Under the pieces are notes generated by a model, which was not told the origin of the DNA, searched no databases, and saw only the letters and a list, made by a program, of their open reading frames with translations. A stretch of DNA of 64,000 bases from Negativicutes bacterium (GTDB lineage Bacteria > Bacillota > Negativicutes > UBA1444), in NCBI GenBank assembly GCA_963665275.2, contig CAXXIN010000001.1:32001-96000 (forward strand), written 5' to 3'. Below are positions 54,470 through 64,000 of this stretch, one piece after another; position 1 is the first letter of the stretch; the number at the start of each line of letters is the position of its first letter. Both the position numbers and the translations under genes were made by a program.

Positions 54470-56161
54470 TTGCGACATTCAATCGGCGCAAAAATACTCG
54501 GGATCTGCATGCTCGTTGTGACGGTTTTTACACTGCTTAATGTTTATTCCTATGTCAAGTCTCAACAAGTCACCGCAGGCTACCGTAATGTGATCGACCG
54601 AAATGCTTCATTGATTTTCAGGGTGTATGCCGCCGACGTCGAACTGGCCAAGCAGTCGGTATTGCTGCAGAAGTATTTGATGTCGAAAAACGAGAAAGAC
54701 CGCCAGGATTTTGAGGAATCAAAAGTTAACATGGAAGCGGTTTTCAGCAGTCTGGATAAAGAACTGATTACCCCGGAAGGCAAAGAGGGCTTGGCGCAGG
54801 TCCGTACGGCTGTGGATGCGTGGCATCTGTCGGCAATGCAAGGTTTGAAAAATTCTCTGGAAAAAGGCGCGTCCGCAACTACGACAGTTACAGATCCCCG
54901 CCTGGAAGCGGAAGCGTTGGCAGCGGAACAGGAAATTAATGCTTATGTACGTTTCCTGCGTGGGAGGATGCACGAGCGAACGGAAGAAAACCTCATGATC
55001 GGCGAGGAGACTCAAAAGTACATTGTTGGCGGCAATGCGGCGGTCGTGATTTTGGCGACGGGGCTGTCGATTTGGCTGTGGCGGCGCATATCCAAGCCGC
55101 TAAGTGAGCTAAATCGCAGGGCCCATGCAATCGCTTCCGGTGATCTTCGGCTGAAAGAGCTGAACTATCGAAATAAAGATGAAATTGGCCAGATCGTCGA
55201 CGCGCTTGGGTCCATGAACCAAAGCTTGCACCACTTGGTCAGTCAAGTGATGGCGGATGCGGGGAAGGTTACCCAGGCCTGCGCTGCATTTACGGTCGCT
55301 ACCGAGGGGTCGGCCGAAGCGGCGGCTCATATCACTGAAAACATGACGGAAGTTGCGGAACGGGCAGAGGCGATATTCAGGGAGGCGGAGGAAGTGAGGA
55401 GGAAGATGGAAGCGATTTCGGCGCGGATCGAACAAGTTACGGCGCATGCCGCCGGGGCAGCGGCGGTGGCACGGTCTACGGAGGAATCCAGCATCGCCGG
55501 ACAGGCCGCAATTGACCGGGCTATCGGACAGATGCGGGTCATCAGCGACTCAACCGAAAATACTGGTAAGGCTGTGGTGAAACTCTCGGCAGGGTCTGAC
55601 CGAATTGCCGAATTTGTCACGGTTATCAACGGGATTGCTGAGCAGACCCACCTACTGGCGTTGAACGCTGCAATCGAAGCGGCACGGGCCGGAGAGTCCG
55701 GCAGGGGATTTGCCGTGGTAGCGCAGGAAGTTAACAAGCTGGCTGCCGAGTCGGCGAAATCCGCCAAGGATGTTCAGTCGATGATTCAGTCCAATCGTCA
55801 GGACCTTGCTGCCGTGGTTTCTTACGTTCGTGCGGGCCGGGACGGCGTGCTGGCCGGAACAGAGATGGTGGGAGCCGCCGGTGCGGAATTTGGGAGAATC
55901 GCTCAAGGCGTCGAGCAGGTATCGGAGCGGATGCGGGGTATTTCACAGGCAGTATCGGAGCTTTCGGATGGCGGCAGAGATATAGTCGCCGCAGTGCAGC
56001 GGGTCGAAGAAAAATGCAGCGAAACTGCCGGCAGAACGCAGGCGATTTCCGCTGCAGTTCAGCAGCAGGCCGCATCTCTTCAGCAGATGGCCGGATCGGG
56101 CCGCTCGCTGGATGGGTTGGCGCAACAAATGCAGGGAGTAGTAAAAAAATTCACCCTGTAA
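54470..56161 (+). CDS. methyl-accepting chemotaxis protein
   Basis: Two TMs, [24 protein letters not shown]. Confidence 0.93.
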   Translation: MRHSIGAKILGICMLVVTVFTLLNVYSYVKSQQVTAGYRNVIDRNASLIFRVYAADVELAKQSVLLQKYLMSKNEKDRQDFEESKVNMEAVFSSLDKELITPEGKEGLAQVRTAVDAWHLSAMQGLKNSLEKGASATTTVTDPRLEAEALAAEQEINAYVRFLRGRMHERTEENLMIGEETQKYIVGGNAAVVILATGLSIWLWRRISKPLSELNRRAHAIASGDLRLKELNYRNKDEIGQIVDALGSMNQSLHHLVSQVMADAGKVTQACAAFTVATEGSAEAAAHITENMTEVAERAEAIFREAEEVRRKMEAISARIEQVTAHAAGAAAVARSTEESSIAGQAAIDRAIGQMRVISDSTENTGKAVVKLSAGSDRIAEFVTVINGIAEQTHLLALNAAIEAARAGESGRGFAVVAQEVNKLAAESAKSAKDVQSMIQSNRQDLAAVVSYVRAGRDGVLAGTEMVGAAGAEFGRIAQGVEQVSERMRGISQAVSELSDGGRDIVAAVQRVEEKCSETAGRTQAISAAVQQQAASLQQMAGSGRSLDGLAQQMQGVVKKFTL

Positions 56162-56166
56162 TAACG

Positions 56167-58689
56167 CTACCAGCCATATTTGGCGAAGAACCAGCGTTTC
56201 ACGAAATCGACGAGGATTAGATAGCAGACAACCAGGCCGCAGATTGCCACGATAAAGGCAAGCGGCAACGGCGTGAATCCGAAAAACAGACCGAACGGTG
56301 TATAGGGGATGATAAAGCCTGCCAAAGCAACGCCGACAGTACTCAGGGTCAGCCAACGGCTGGCTCTGCTTTTCATGATGTTGTAACGGGATCGGATGAT
56401 ATGAACCACCAGAACCTGGGTAGCCAGTGATTCGATGAACCAGCCGGTCTGGAAGGAGGCTTCGTCGGCCCGGAAGAAATATAGCAGCAGCGCGAAGGTC
56501 AGAATGTCGAACAGTGAGCTCACCGGTCCAAAGACCAGCATAAAGTGCTTGATGAATTTGATATTCCAGCGGCGGGGTTTCATCACGGCTTCATCATCCA
56601 CGTTGTCTGATGGAATCGTAATCTGCGAAAAATCGTATAGGAGATTGTTCAACAGGATTTGCACCGGCGCCATCGGCAAGAAAGGAACCAGCACTGAAGC
56701 GATCGCCATGCTGAACATATTGCCGAAATTTGAGCTGGTTCCCATCATAATATATTTCAATGTATTGGCATAAGTCCGGCGGCCTTCCACCACTCCGTCC
56801 TTGAGCGCATCCAGATCTTTTTCCAGCAGAATGATCGAGGCGGATTCTTTGGCCACATCCACCGCATTGTTTACGGAAATTCCGACATCGGCCACATGGA
56901 GCGAGGGGGCGTCATTGATCCCGTCACCGATATATCCGACCACATGTCCTTTGCGTTTCAGCAGGTCCATGATCCGGTTTTTCTGTGCCGGGGACAACCG
57001 GGCAAAAATGGGGGTTTCGTCAATATTGCGGGAAAGTGCATCATCGGACATGGTATCGATATCATTGCCGGTCAGGATTGGTTCTGCTGCAATTCCGATG
57101 TCAGTGCAAACTTTTTTGGTGACCAGCTCATTGTCACCCGTCAGAATTTTTAACGTAACCCCCAGTTCCTTTAGGCCCATGATGGTTTCGCGCACCGAAG
57201 CCTTGGGCGGATCAAAGAAGGCCAGATATCCAAGTAAAGTGACATCTGTTTCGTCAGCCGGCTCAAAAGTGGATTTGGTTGTGGGGTACTCCTTGAAGGC
57301 AACTGCAATCACCCGGTAGCCTTTGGCGCTGTAGTCCTGAAATTTTCGGGTAACATCCGCCAATTCTTGACCGGATAGTTCCACCGGTCCATTCTTCGTC
57401 ATATGGCGGGTTGAAATCTTCAGAATGCTTTCCGGCGCGCCCTTAGTTATCATCAGGACTGAACTAGCGTCGGCCTTTTCCACAATGACCGACATCATCC
57501 GCCGGACAAAATCGAAAGGAATTTCCTCTTTTTTTCGGTACAAGTCAGCAGTTTCCGGCGCTTGCAGGGCAGCGATGGTCATATCCAGAGGATTTTTCAT
57601 GCCGCCTTGCAGAGTACTGTTCAGCCAGGCGTAAAGGAACACCTGCGGGTCTTCGGTGCCGTCAACATTGGTCGATTCGACCAGCTTGAATTCGCCTTCC
57701 GTCAATGTGCCGGTTTTGTCTGAACAAAGAATATCCATGCTGCCGAAATTCTGGATAGATTCCAGTCGTTTGACGATTACGCCTTTTTTCGACATGGAGA
57801 GGGCGCCTTTGGCCAGGGTTACGGTCATGATGACAGGCAGAAGCTCCGGCGTGAGACCGACCGAAACGGCTAACGCAAACAGAAATGATTCGAAAAAGTT
57901 ATGCTTGAGTAACGCATTGACCAGAAAAATCAGTAACACCAAAGATGAGATTACTTTGGTCAGCATCAGGCTGAAGTCATGGATTCCATGCTCAAATTCG
58001 GTTTCCGGCGGTTTCCTCGTCAAGACATGGGCAATATTGCCGATTTCTGTATTTCGCCCGGTGGAAACCACTACTGCTGTGCCCATGCCGCTGGTAACAC
58101 TGCAACCCATAAACACGGCGTATTTCATGTCGGTCAACTGGGTGGATCCTTCTTCCTCCAGTGATAGGGTTTTGGATACGGGAAAGGATTCTCCGGTTAC
58201 CGAAGCCTGATTGACATAAAGATTATTGGTGTGAATCAGTCGGGCATCGCCGGGGATGATGTCGCCGGCGGAAAGTTGGACAATATCGCCGGGAACAACT
58301 TCCGGCAGGATGATATCCTGATATTTGCCGTCACGCAACACGGTCGCGTGCACAGCCACTTGCTTGCGGAGAGCGGCGGCCGCTTGGTTGGAACGATGTT
58401 CGTGGAAAAATTGTAATGATGCGCTGAGGGTGACCAGCACGATAATAATGATGGCGCCGTGCACCTCGCCGAGAAAATAGGACAAAATCGCCGACGCCAA
58501 CAAAATCAAAACCAGAGGATTGGAAAACATTTTAAGGAAAGTGGCGAACGCATTCTGTTCGCCTTTCGTTTCGAGTTCATTGCGGCCATAAACAGCGAGG
58601 CGCTTTTTGGCCTCCACAGAGCTCAGACCGGCCTCGGACGATTGAGTGTGAGCATATATGTCGGTTAGTTTTTCATTTAAAGGATGCAT
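56167..58689 (-). CDS. mgtA: magnesium-translocating P-type ATPase
   Basis: TGES, GLTPELLP, DKTGTLT, GDGIND, TSSNFGNMFS, NLLYD, FQTGWF.ES. Confidence 0.92.
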   Translation of the reverse strand: MHPLNEKLTDIYAHTQSSEAGLSSVEAKKRLAVYGRNELETKGEQNAFATFLKMFSNPLVLILLASAILSYFLGEVHGAIIIIVLVTLSASLQFFHEHRSNQAAAALRKQVAVHATVLRDGKYQDIILPEVVPGDIVQLSAGDIIPGDARLIHTNNLYVNQASVTGESFPVSKTLSLEEEGSTQLTDMKYAVFMGCSVTSGMGTAVVVSTGRNTEIGNIAHVLTRKPPETEFEHGIHDFSLMLTKVISSLVLLIFLVNALLKHNFFESFLFALAVSVGLTPELLPVIMTVTLAKGALSMSKKGVIVKRLESIQNFGSMDILCSDKTGTLTEGEFKLVESTNVDGTEDPQVFLYAWLNSTLQGGMKNPLDMTIAALQAPETADLYRKKEEIPFDFVRRMMSVIVEKADASSVLMITKGAPESILKISTRHMTKNGPVELSGQELADVTRKFQDYSAKGYRVIAVAFKEYPTTKSTFEPADETDVTLLGYLAFFDPPKASVRETIMGLKELGVTLKILTGDNELVTKKVCTDIGIAAEPILTGNDIDTMSDDALSRNIDETPIFARLSPAQKNRIMDLLKRKGHVVGYIGDGINDAPSLHVADVGISVNNAVDVAKESASIILLEKDLDALKDGVVEGRRTYANTLKYIMMGTSSNFGNMFSMAIASVLVPFLPMAPVQILLNNLLYDFSQITIPSDNVDDEAVMKPRRWNIKFIKHFMLVFGPVSSLFDILTFALLLYFFRADEASFQTGWFIESLATQVLVVHIIRSRYNIMKSRASRWLTLSTVGVALAGFIIPYTPFGLFFGFTPLPLAFIVAICGLVVCYLILVDFVKRWFFAKYGW

Positions 58690-58784
58690 TGTTTCAACCC
58701 CTCCTTGCCTTAAGGGCGGATTTGCCGAACGTTAAGCTTATTGAACAGTATTCCGTTTTATTCGTATAGTTTCCTGCAAGGGAA

Positions 58785-58974
58785 AAGCGCCCAAAGCTGG
58801 AATTCAAGTGAATCCAGGCTTTGGGCGCTTAGTATAAAATCTGGAGATTGTTGAAATTTATCCATCGCACAGCCTGTTTATCCCCGCCCTCCTAGGTCGG
58901 GGATAAACAGGCTGTAACTCGAAGTAAATTCGACTAAGATTCAGGTGGCGTTAAAACACCATCTGAATCAAGTC
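58785..58974. repeat. cluster of three long inverted repeats (REP/MITE-like; may include the aminotransferase terminator)
   Basis: Stems at about 58785-58830, 58869-58915 and 58932-58974. Confidence 0.6.
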
Positions 58975-58979
58975 TGCAT

Positions 58980-60149
58980 TTATTTCAGTAAGGGTTTTAC
59001 GAAACGACCAATGCGGTCAAGCGCCTCTGCCAGGTTTTTCGAGGAAGCGGCGTAGGAGCAGCGGACGTAGCCTTCGCCGCAGGCGCCGAAGGCGTCACCG
59101 GGGACCAGCGCTACTTTTTCGGCCTGAAGTAGTTTCTCGGCAAACTCCAGTGAAGTGAGTTCGGTATTTTGGATGGAAGGGAAGACGTAGAATGCGCCTT
59201 TCGGTTCGAAACAGTCCAGCCCCATGTTGCGGAACCCTTCGACCATCAGGCGACGTCGCTTGTCATATTCTGCGACCATGCGCTCCCGGCTGGATTTTCC
59301 CTGCTGAAGGGCTTCCACAGCAGCGATTTGAGCTGTGATTGGAGCGCAGAGCATGGTGAACTGGTGGATTTTGGTCATGGCGGCGATGAAATCCTCATTG
59401 CCAAGGGCATAGCCGATACGCCAACCGGTCATTGCATAGGCTTTGGAGAAGCCGTTGAGCAGAATCGTGCGGTCGCGCATTCCCGGCAGCGAGGAAAAGC
59501 AGGTGTGTTCTCCGTCGTACGTCAGATTGGCGTAGATTTCATCAGAAATTACGATAAGATCATGCTCCTCGGCAAATCGCGCGATGGTAGCTATCTGTTC
59601 CCGTGGCATCACGGCCCCGGTCGGATTGTTCGGATACCCGATCAGCAACGCTTTGGTCCGTGGTGTCAGCGCCGCAGCCAACTGATCGACAGTGACGCGG
59701 AACTCATGCTCGCGGGTGCAGCAAACACTCACCGGCACGCCGCCGGCCAGAGTGACACACGCTTTATAGGAAACATAGCAAGGTTCAGGCACCAGCACTT
59801 CATCGCCGGGGGAAAGGATAGCGCGCATGGCGAGGTCCAGGGCTTCGCTCACCCCAACAGTTACCAGAGCTTCGCATTTCGGATTGTACGAAACGCCGTA
59901 ATCGGTTTCGATCATATGGGTGATTTCCTGGCGCAGTTCCAGCAGGCCATAGTTCGACGTATAGGAGGTATAGCCGCGCTGAAGCCCGTGCACACAGCTT
60001 TCCCGTATGTGCCAGGGGGTCACAAAATCCGGTTCGCCGACGCCTAGTGAAATGACGCCTTTCATTTCAGCGACGATGTCAAAGAATCGCCGGATACCTG
60101 AGGGCGGGATCGAACGGACGAGCGGGGAGACGCGTTCAGCCCAGTTCAT
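58980..60149 (-). CDS. class I/II PLP aminotransferase (YugH/AlaT-like)
   Basis: SGIRRFF, GVGEPDF, PNNPTG, SDEIY, GFSKAYAMTGWRIG. Confidence 0.9.
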   Translation of the reverse strand: MNWAERVSPLVRSIPPSGIRRFFDIVAEMKGVISLGVGEPDFVTPWHIRESCVHGLQRGYTSYTSNYGLLELRQEITHMIETDYGVSYNPKCEALVTVGVSEALDLAMRAILSPGDEVLVPEPCYVSYKACVTLAGGVPVSVCCTREHEFRVTVDQLAAALTPRTKALLIGYPNNPTGAVMPREQIATIARFAEEHDLIVISDEIYANLTYDGEHTCFSSLPGMRDRTILLNGFSKAYAMTGWRIGYALGNEDFIAAMTKIHQFTMLCAPITAQIAAVEALQQGKSSRERMVAEYDKRRRLMVEGFRNMGLDCFEPKGAFYVFPSIQNTELTSLEFAEKLLQAEKVALVPGDAFGACGEGYVRCSYAASSKNLAEALDRIGRFVKPLLK

Positions 60150-60649
60150 GGCGTCACCAATAGACGGCGGTCTGCTTCCTCATCATCGATGATGACGCCT
60201 TCTTCTTTATATTTTTTTAGCACAAAATGCGTGGTGGTGCTGACGACGCCGTCGATGGTGGCCAGTTTGGTGGAAACGAACTGGGCGACTTCCTTGAGGT
60301 TGGTTCCTTCGACTGTCACCGCCAGGTCATAGGCGCCGGACATGAGATACAGGCTGCGGACTTCCGGAAAACGGTAAATGCGGGCTGCAATCGCATCGAA
60401 TCCCACTTCCCGCTGCGGCGTGATCTTGACTTCGATGAGCGCCGAAACGTCATCCAGACCGGCTTTTTCCCAGTTGATGATCGGTTGGCATTTGACCAGT
60501 ATTCTATCTTCTTCAAGTTCCTTCATCCACTGGGCGATCTGTTCCGGGCCGACTGCCAGTTGGCGTGCCAGTTGGTCATGGGTCTGATGATAATCCTGAT
60601 CCAATAATTTGAGTAATTCCTGTTTGGCGGTTACTGCTTGGTCATTCAT
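60146..60649 (-). CDS. Lrp/AsnC family regulator (YugG/AlaR-like)
   Basis: HTH followed by YLMSGAYDL...TTTHFVLKKYK. Confidence 0.9.
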   Translation of the reverse strand: MNDQAVTAKQELLKLLDQDYHQTHDQLARQLAVGPEQIAQWMKELEEDRILVKCQPIINWEKAGLDDVSALIEVKITPQREVGFDAIAARIYRFPEVRSLYLMSGAYDLAVTVEGTNLKEVAQFVSTKLATIDGVVSTTTHFVLKKYKEEGVIIDDEEADRRLLVTP

Positions 60650-60735
60650 GAGAAATCCCCCTCTTTTATTATCAAGTCTGTTGTTCGTCTTGCCCGGGAA
60701 AATAATTTCTGGAGTGCGACAGGATGAAAAAAGAA

Positions 60736-60970
60736 TAAAAAAAGTTCCCGCCCGATTGCTCGGACGGGAACTTAACTGTCCCGTGGTACCACCCAGATTT
60801 AGCCTAAAAGGCCCTCTCATCCCGCTAACGTTGGGAACACGTCGGACTTCAGGATGGTTCGCATCCTTCCTCCGCAGCTCCGGGCTGGCTACGCCTCTGC
60901 AACCACTCCGCCGGATTTCACCCTGCCGGCTCTCTGTAGGAAGTGCAGAAACTTTGTCCCTTCATCGCAT
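60736..60970 (-). ncRNA. T-box riboswitch, probably alanine-specific
   Basis: AGAGA and GGTGAAA stem-I motifs, GCC in the specifier position (60889-60887), T-box GGGTGGTACCACG, terminator GTTCCCGTCCGA...TCGGGCGGGAAC plus U-tract. Confidence 0.88.
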
Positions 60971-61218
60971 GGTCTATATTGAGTTTTTGTCAGCTATCGT
61001 AATTTATTATAAAGGCCCGTGACGAATGTGGCAAGAAGTTTTTGCCGCAAAATGATCATGGGACCAAAATCCCGGTCAAAACAGGACTCGGTGCTCATAG
61101 CAATTGAGACGTTGGCCAGATGTTGGAAATCACCGGAAAGTGCTACACTGAATCTGGAAATCTATACTTTTGCAGATAGAGTTGCACGGGTGGAATAGGA
61201 CGCCGGGAGGATAAGAGA

Positions 61219-62568
61219 ATGGCACTGCTGGAGAGAATGGAAGGTCGCAAACATATTGAGCAGGCTGCGGGAACCAAGATTGGAGATCGGCCCAAAGCGG
61301 CGACTTCATTGCGGAGTGACCCTTTTCAGTCGCTGAAGAGTAAAATCCATAAACGCGTTGTCGATGAACTGGGTGCGGCTGAGATCGGGCAACGCCAGCT
61401 GGAAGAAGCGGTCACGCGAATCGCTGATTATACGATGGACGAGGAACCTATTCCGGTTCCCCGCTTTGAACGCGGACGTATCATTTCGGAAGTCGTGGAT
61501 GAAGTGCTCGGATATGGGCCGATTCAACCGCTGTTAAAGGATGAGAGCGTCACCGAAGTCATGGTCAACGGACCGAATCAGGTCTACGTGGAACGAAAAG
61601 GCAAATTGGTTTTGACCGATGTCCGGTTTCGCGATGATGCACACGTGATGCATGTGATTGAAAAAATCGTTTCACCGCTCGGCAGGCGGATCGACGAGAG
61701 TTCTCCCATGGTGGATGCGCGTCTCCCCGACGGTTCGCGTGTTAACGCGGTAATCCCCCCTCTGGCGCTGAAAGGTCCCACGATCACCATTCGTAAGTTT
61801 GCCAAAGACCCGTTTACGGTACATGATTTAGTGGGATTCGGGACCTTCACGCAGGAAATGGCGGATTTTCTCCTTGCCTGTGTGGAAGGGAAACTCAACG
61901 TCGTGGTTTCCGGTGGAACCGGTTCAGGCAAGACAACGACATTGAACGTGCTGTCCTCGTTTATCCCGTCGGACGACCGGATCGTAACGATCGAGGATGC
62001 GGCTGAGCTGCAGTTGCGTCAGGAACACGTCGTGACTCTCGAGACCCGTCCGGCCAATATCGAGGGAAAAGGCGCCATAACGATGCGGGATCTCGTGCGA
62101 AATTCACTTCGGATGCGGCCTGACCGTATAGTCGTAGGCGAGGTTCGCGGCGGGGAAGCGCTGGATATGTTGCAGGCCATGAATACCGGACATGATGGAT
62201 CTTTGACGACCGGTCACGCCAATACACCGCGGGATATGCTCTCCCGTCTTGAAACGATGGTGCTGATGGCCGGGATGGACCTGCCGGTCCGGGCGATTCG
62301 GGAACAGATTTCTTCGGCGGTTGATCTGATTGTACAACAGTCGCGTCTGCGGGACGGCAGCCGCAAAATCACGCATCTGACGGAAGTGCAGGGGATGGAG
62401 GGCGAAATCATTACCTTGCAGGATATTTTTGTGTTCGAACAGAATGGTTGTGATGAAACCGGTAAGGTGATCGGGCGGTTCAAACCGACCGGTATTCGGC
62501 CCAAATTCCTGGAGAAATTGTCTGCTTCCGGGACCAACATTCCCAATGAACTTTTTTGGCCCAGGTGA
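61219..62568 (+). CDS. tadA: Tad/Flp pilus assembly ATPase CpaF/TadA
   Basis: [37 protein letters not shown]. Confidence 0.93.
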   Translation: MALLERMEGRKHIEQAAGTKIGDRPKAATSLRSDPFQSLKSKIHKRVVDELGAAEIGQRQLEEAVTRIADYTMDEEPIPVPRFERGRIISEVVDEVLGYGPIQPLLKDESVTEVMVNGPNQVYVERKGKLVLTDVRFRDDAHVMHVIEKIVSPLGRRIDESSPMVDARLPDGSRVNAVIPPLALKGPTITIRKFAKDPFTVHDLVGFGTFTQEMADFLLACVEGKLNVVVSGGTGSGKTTTLNVLSSFIPSDDRIVTIEDAAELQLRQEHVVTLETRPANIEGKGAITMRDLVRNSLRMRPDRIVVGEVRGGEALDMLQAMNTGHDGSLTTGHANTPRDMLSRLETMVLMAGMDLPVRAIREQISSAVDLIVQQSRLRDGSRKITHLTEVQGMEGEIITLQDIFVFEQNGCDETGKVIGRFKPTGIRPKFLEKLSASGTNIPNELFWPR

Positions 62569-62581
62569 GGAGTGTGAGATA

Positions 62582-63508
62582 ATGCTGGGGTTGATTGTCG
62601 CCTTGAGTTTTCTCACTGTGTTCATTTTGGTATACATAGCGCTCAAGACGTATGCACCGATGGAAGGCGCGGCTGATTTTCGCCTCAGGGCCTTGGATTC
62701 TCTTATGGAAAACCGCACAGATTTGGACGAGGAACTTTCGAAGCCTTTCGCCCAGAGGATACTTTCGCCGCTAACAGGGTCTGTGGCGGCCCGCCTCACT
62801 CGGTTCACCCCTCACGCCATCCGCGCCATGGTCGAGGATAAACTGGCAGCGGCTGGGGGGCTGGGCGGTATGGGGGTCAATGAGTTTTTGTTGATGATCT
62901 TGTTTCTGGGAATCGCGATGCCTTTGATCACAGCTCTATTGCTTACGCTGATGCAGGCGCCGCTTTATCGGGCGATCGGCTTCTCATTCTATGCACTGGC
63001 TGCCGGAGTTTACTTACCCTTCATGATCCTGAAACGCAAGATAAAAAGCCGGCGACGCAGTATGGTTCGTGACTTGCCTGACGTGCTGGATCTTTTGACC
63101 GTCAGTGTGGAAGCAGGACTGGGGTTCGACGGGGCGCTGCACAAGTTGTCGGAAAAGATGAAAGGCGCCTTGGTCGAAGAGTTTTCAAGGCTGCTTAATG
63201 AGATGCGCGTTGGCGTTCCCCGCCGGACTGCGTTGCTGGCTATGGCATCCCGCTGCAATCTTGAGGATGTATCGGTTTTCACGACCTCGTTGGTGCAGGC
63301 GGATCAACTGGGCGTAAGTATTGGAAACGTGTTGCGGGTTCAGTCAGCCGCCATGAGGGAGAAACGTCGTCAACGAGCGCAAGAGGCGGCGATGAAGGCC
63401 CCGGTCAAAATGTTGCTGCCCTTGGTGTTGTTCATTTTCCCTACGATTTTCGTGATTTTGCTGGGCCCGGCAATGATTAACCTGATCGGAACTTTTGGCA
63501 CAAAATAA
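62582..63508 (+). CDS. tadC: Tad platform protein, TadC-like
   Basis: LPDVLDLL.VSVEAGLG, A.KAPVKML.PL..FIFP. Confidence 0.85.
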   Translation: MLGLIVALSFLTVFILVYIALKTYAPMEGAADFRLRALDSLMENRTDLDEELSKPFAQRILSPLTGSVAARLTRFTPHAIRAMVEDKLAAAGGLGGMGVNEFLLMILFLGIAMPLITALLLTLMQAPLYRAIGFSFYALAAGVYLPFMILKRKIKSRRRSMVRDLPDVLDLLTVSVEAGLGFDGALHKLSEKMKGALVEEFSRLLNEMRVGVPRRTALLAMASRCNLEDVSVFTTSLVQADQLGVSIGNVLRVQSAAMREKRRQRAQEAAMKAPVKMLLPLVLFIFPTIFVILLGPAMINLIGTFGTK

Positions 63509-63527
63509 TGAAGCAAGGTGAAGCGGT

Positions 63528-63872
63528 ATGCAACTATGGAATCAGACCCGGGGGCGGGTCATGGCGGAAAAACTGAAGATTGCGGACTCGTTCTGGAGCC
63601 GGCTCAAAGGGCTGCTGGGCACGAAAGAACTGCCGAGTGGCGAGGCCTTGTTGATCAGGCCTTGTAATAACATTCACATGTTCGGCATGAAGTACTCCAT
63701 TGACGTCGTTTTCGCTGATGCAGCGAACCAAGTTCTAAAAACAGTTGCCCATTTGACGCCGGGAAAGATTGCAAGCTGCAGGGGAGCTGCCTATGTTGTG
63801 GAGATGCCTTGTGGAACGCTGCAGAATACGGGGACGGAGCCAGGGGACCTGATCGAAATGAAGGATGCGTAA
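63528..63872 (+). CDS. DUF192-family protein
   Basis: ADSFWSRLKGLLG, IHMFGMKYSIDVVF, VVEMP.G. Confidence 0.8.
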   Translation: MQLWNQTRGRVMAEKLKIADSFWSRLKGLLGTKELPSGEALLIRPCNNIHMFGMKYSIDVVFADAANQVLKTVAHLTPGKIASCRGAAYVVEMPCGTLQNTGTEPGDLIEMKDA

Positions 63873-63886
63873 AACTGGATGATACA

Positions 63887-63941
63887 AAGGGGCTGTTTCG
63901 CAATAGGTTTTTTCAACCTATTTGAAACAGCCCCTTATTTT
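63887..63941 (+). terminator. intrinsic terminator
   Basis: AAGGGGCTGTTTC...GAAACAGCCCCTT-ATTTT. Confidence 0.8.
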
Positions 63942-64000
63942 GTTTTCTACCCATATGAATGAAAGTGAGCGTTAGACTGGTATTTTAAAACATTCCGACC

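Noticed and set aside
58690-58980. M-box (ykoK) riboswitch upstream of mgtA
   Set aside because: Conserved M-box sequence motifs not found
59169-60047. Long antisense ORFs (59169-60047, 18421-19203, 9770-10438, 62104-62808)
   Set aside because: They lie opposite well-supported genes and show no family motifs

Overview
Firmicute chromosomal window, probably a Negativicute/Sporomusaceae-like anaerobe (inferred from gene content). The host part is a phosphate-scavenging neighbourhood: 2-aminoethylphosphonate uptake and degradation (ABC transporter, phnW-phnX-pbfA), a PhnD-like binding protein coupled to a diguanylate cyclase, alkaline phosphatase, mgsA, pstSCA and a chemoreceptor. Each of these units has an 11-bp-period TTAACA-type (Pho-box-like) repeat upstream. 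The window also holds a sigma54-dependent short-chain acid operon, an MCP/STAS/GGDEF-HD-GYP/PP2C signalling operon, mgtA, a T-box(Ala)-controlled lrp-aminotransferase pair and tadA-tadC. The most striking feature is a 19.6-kb integrated element (29723-49359) bounded by a perfect 27-bp direct repeat that is itself the Pho-box-like site of the pstS promoter. The element has an intact tyrosine integrase with arm-type repeats, two excisionase-like genes, an iteron-containing initiator, a T7 gp4/Twinkle-type primase-helicase, two RinA/ArpU-like proteins, a lambda-type cosQ/cosN-like site, and Panacea-PemK and HicAB toxin-antitoxin pairs. It also encodes one full-length tape-measure protein, but I recognise no capsid, portal, terminase, tail-tube or lysis gene. 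It reads as a phage satellite that supplies its own tape measure. All family calls come from motif recognition by eye, not database searches.
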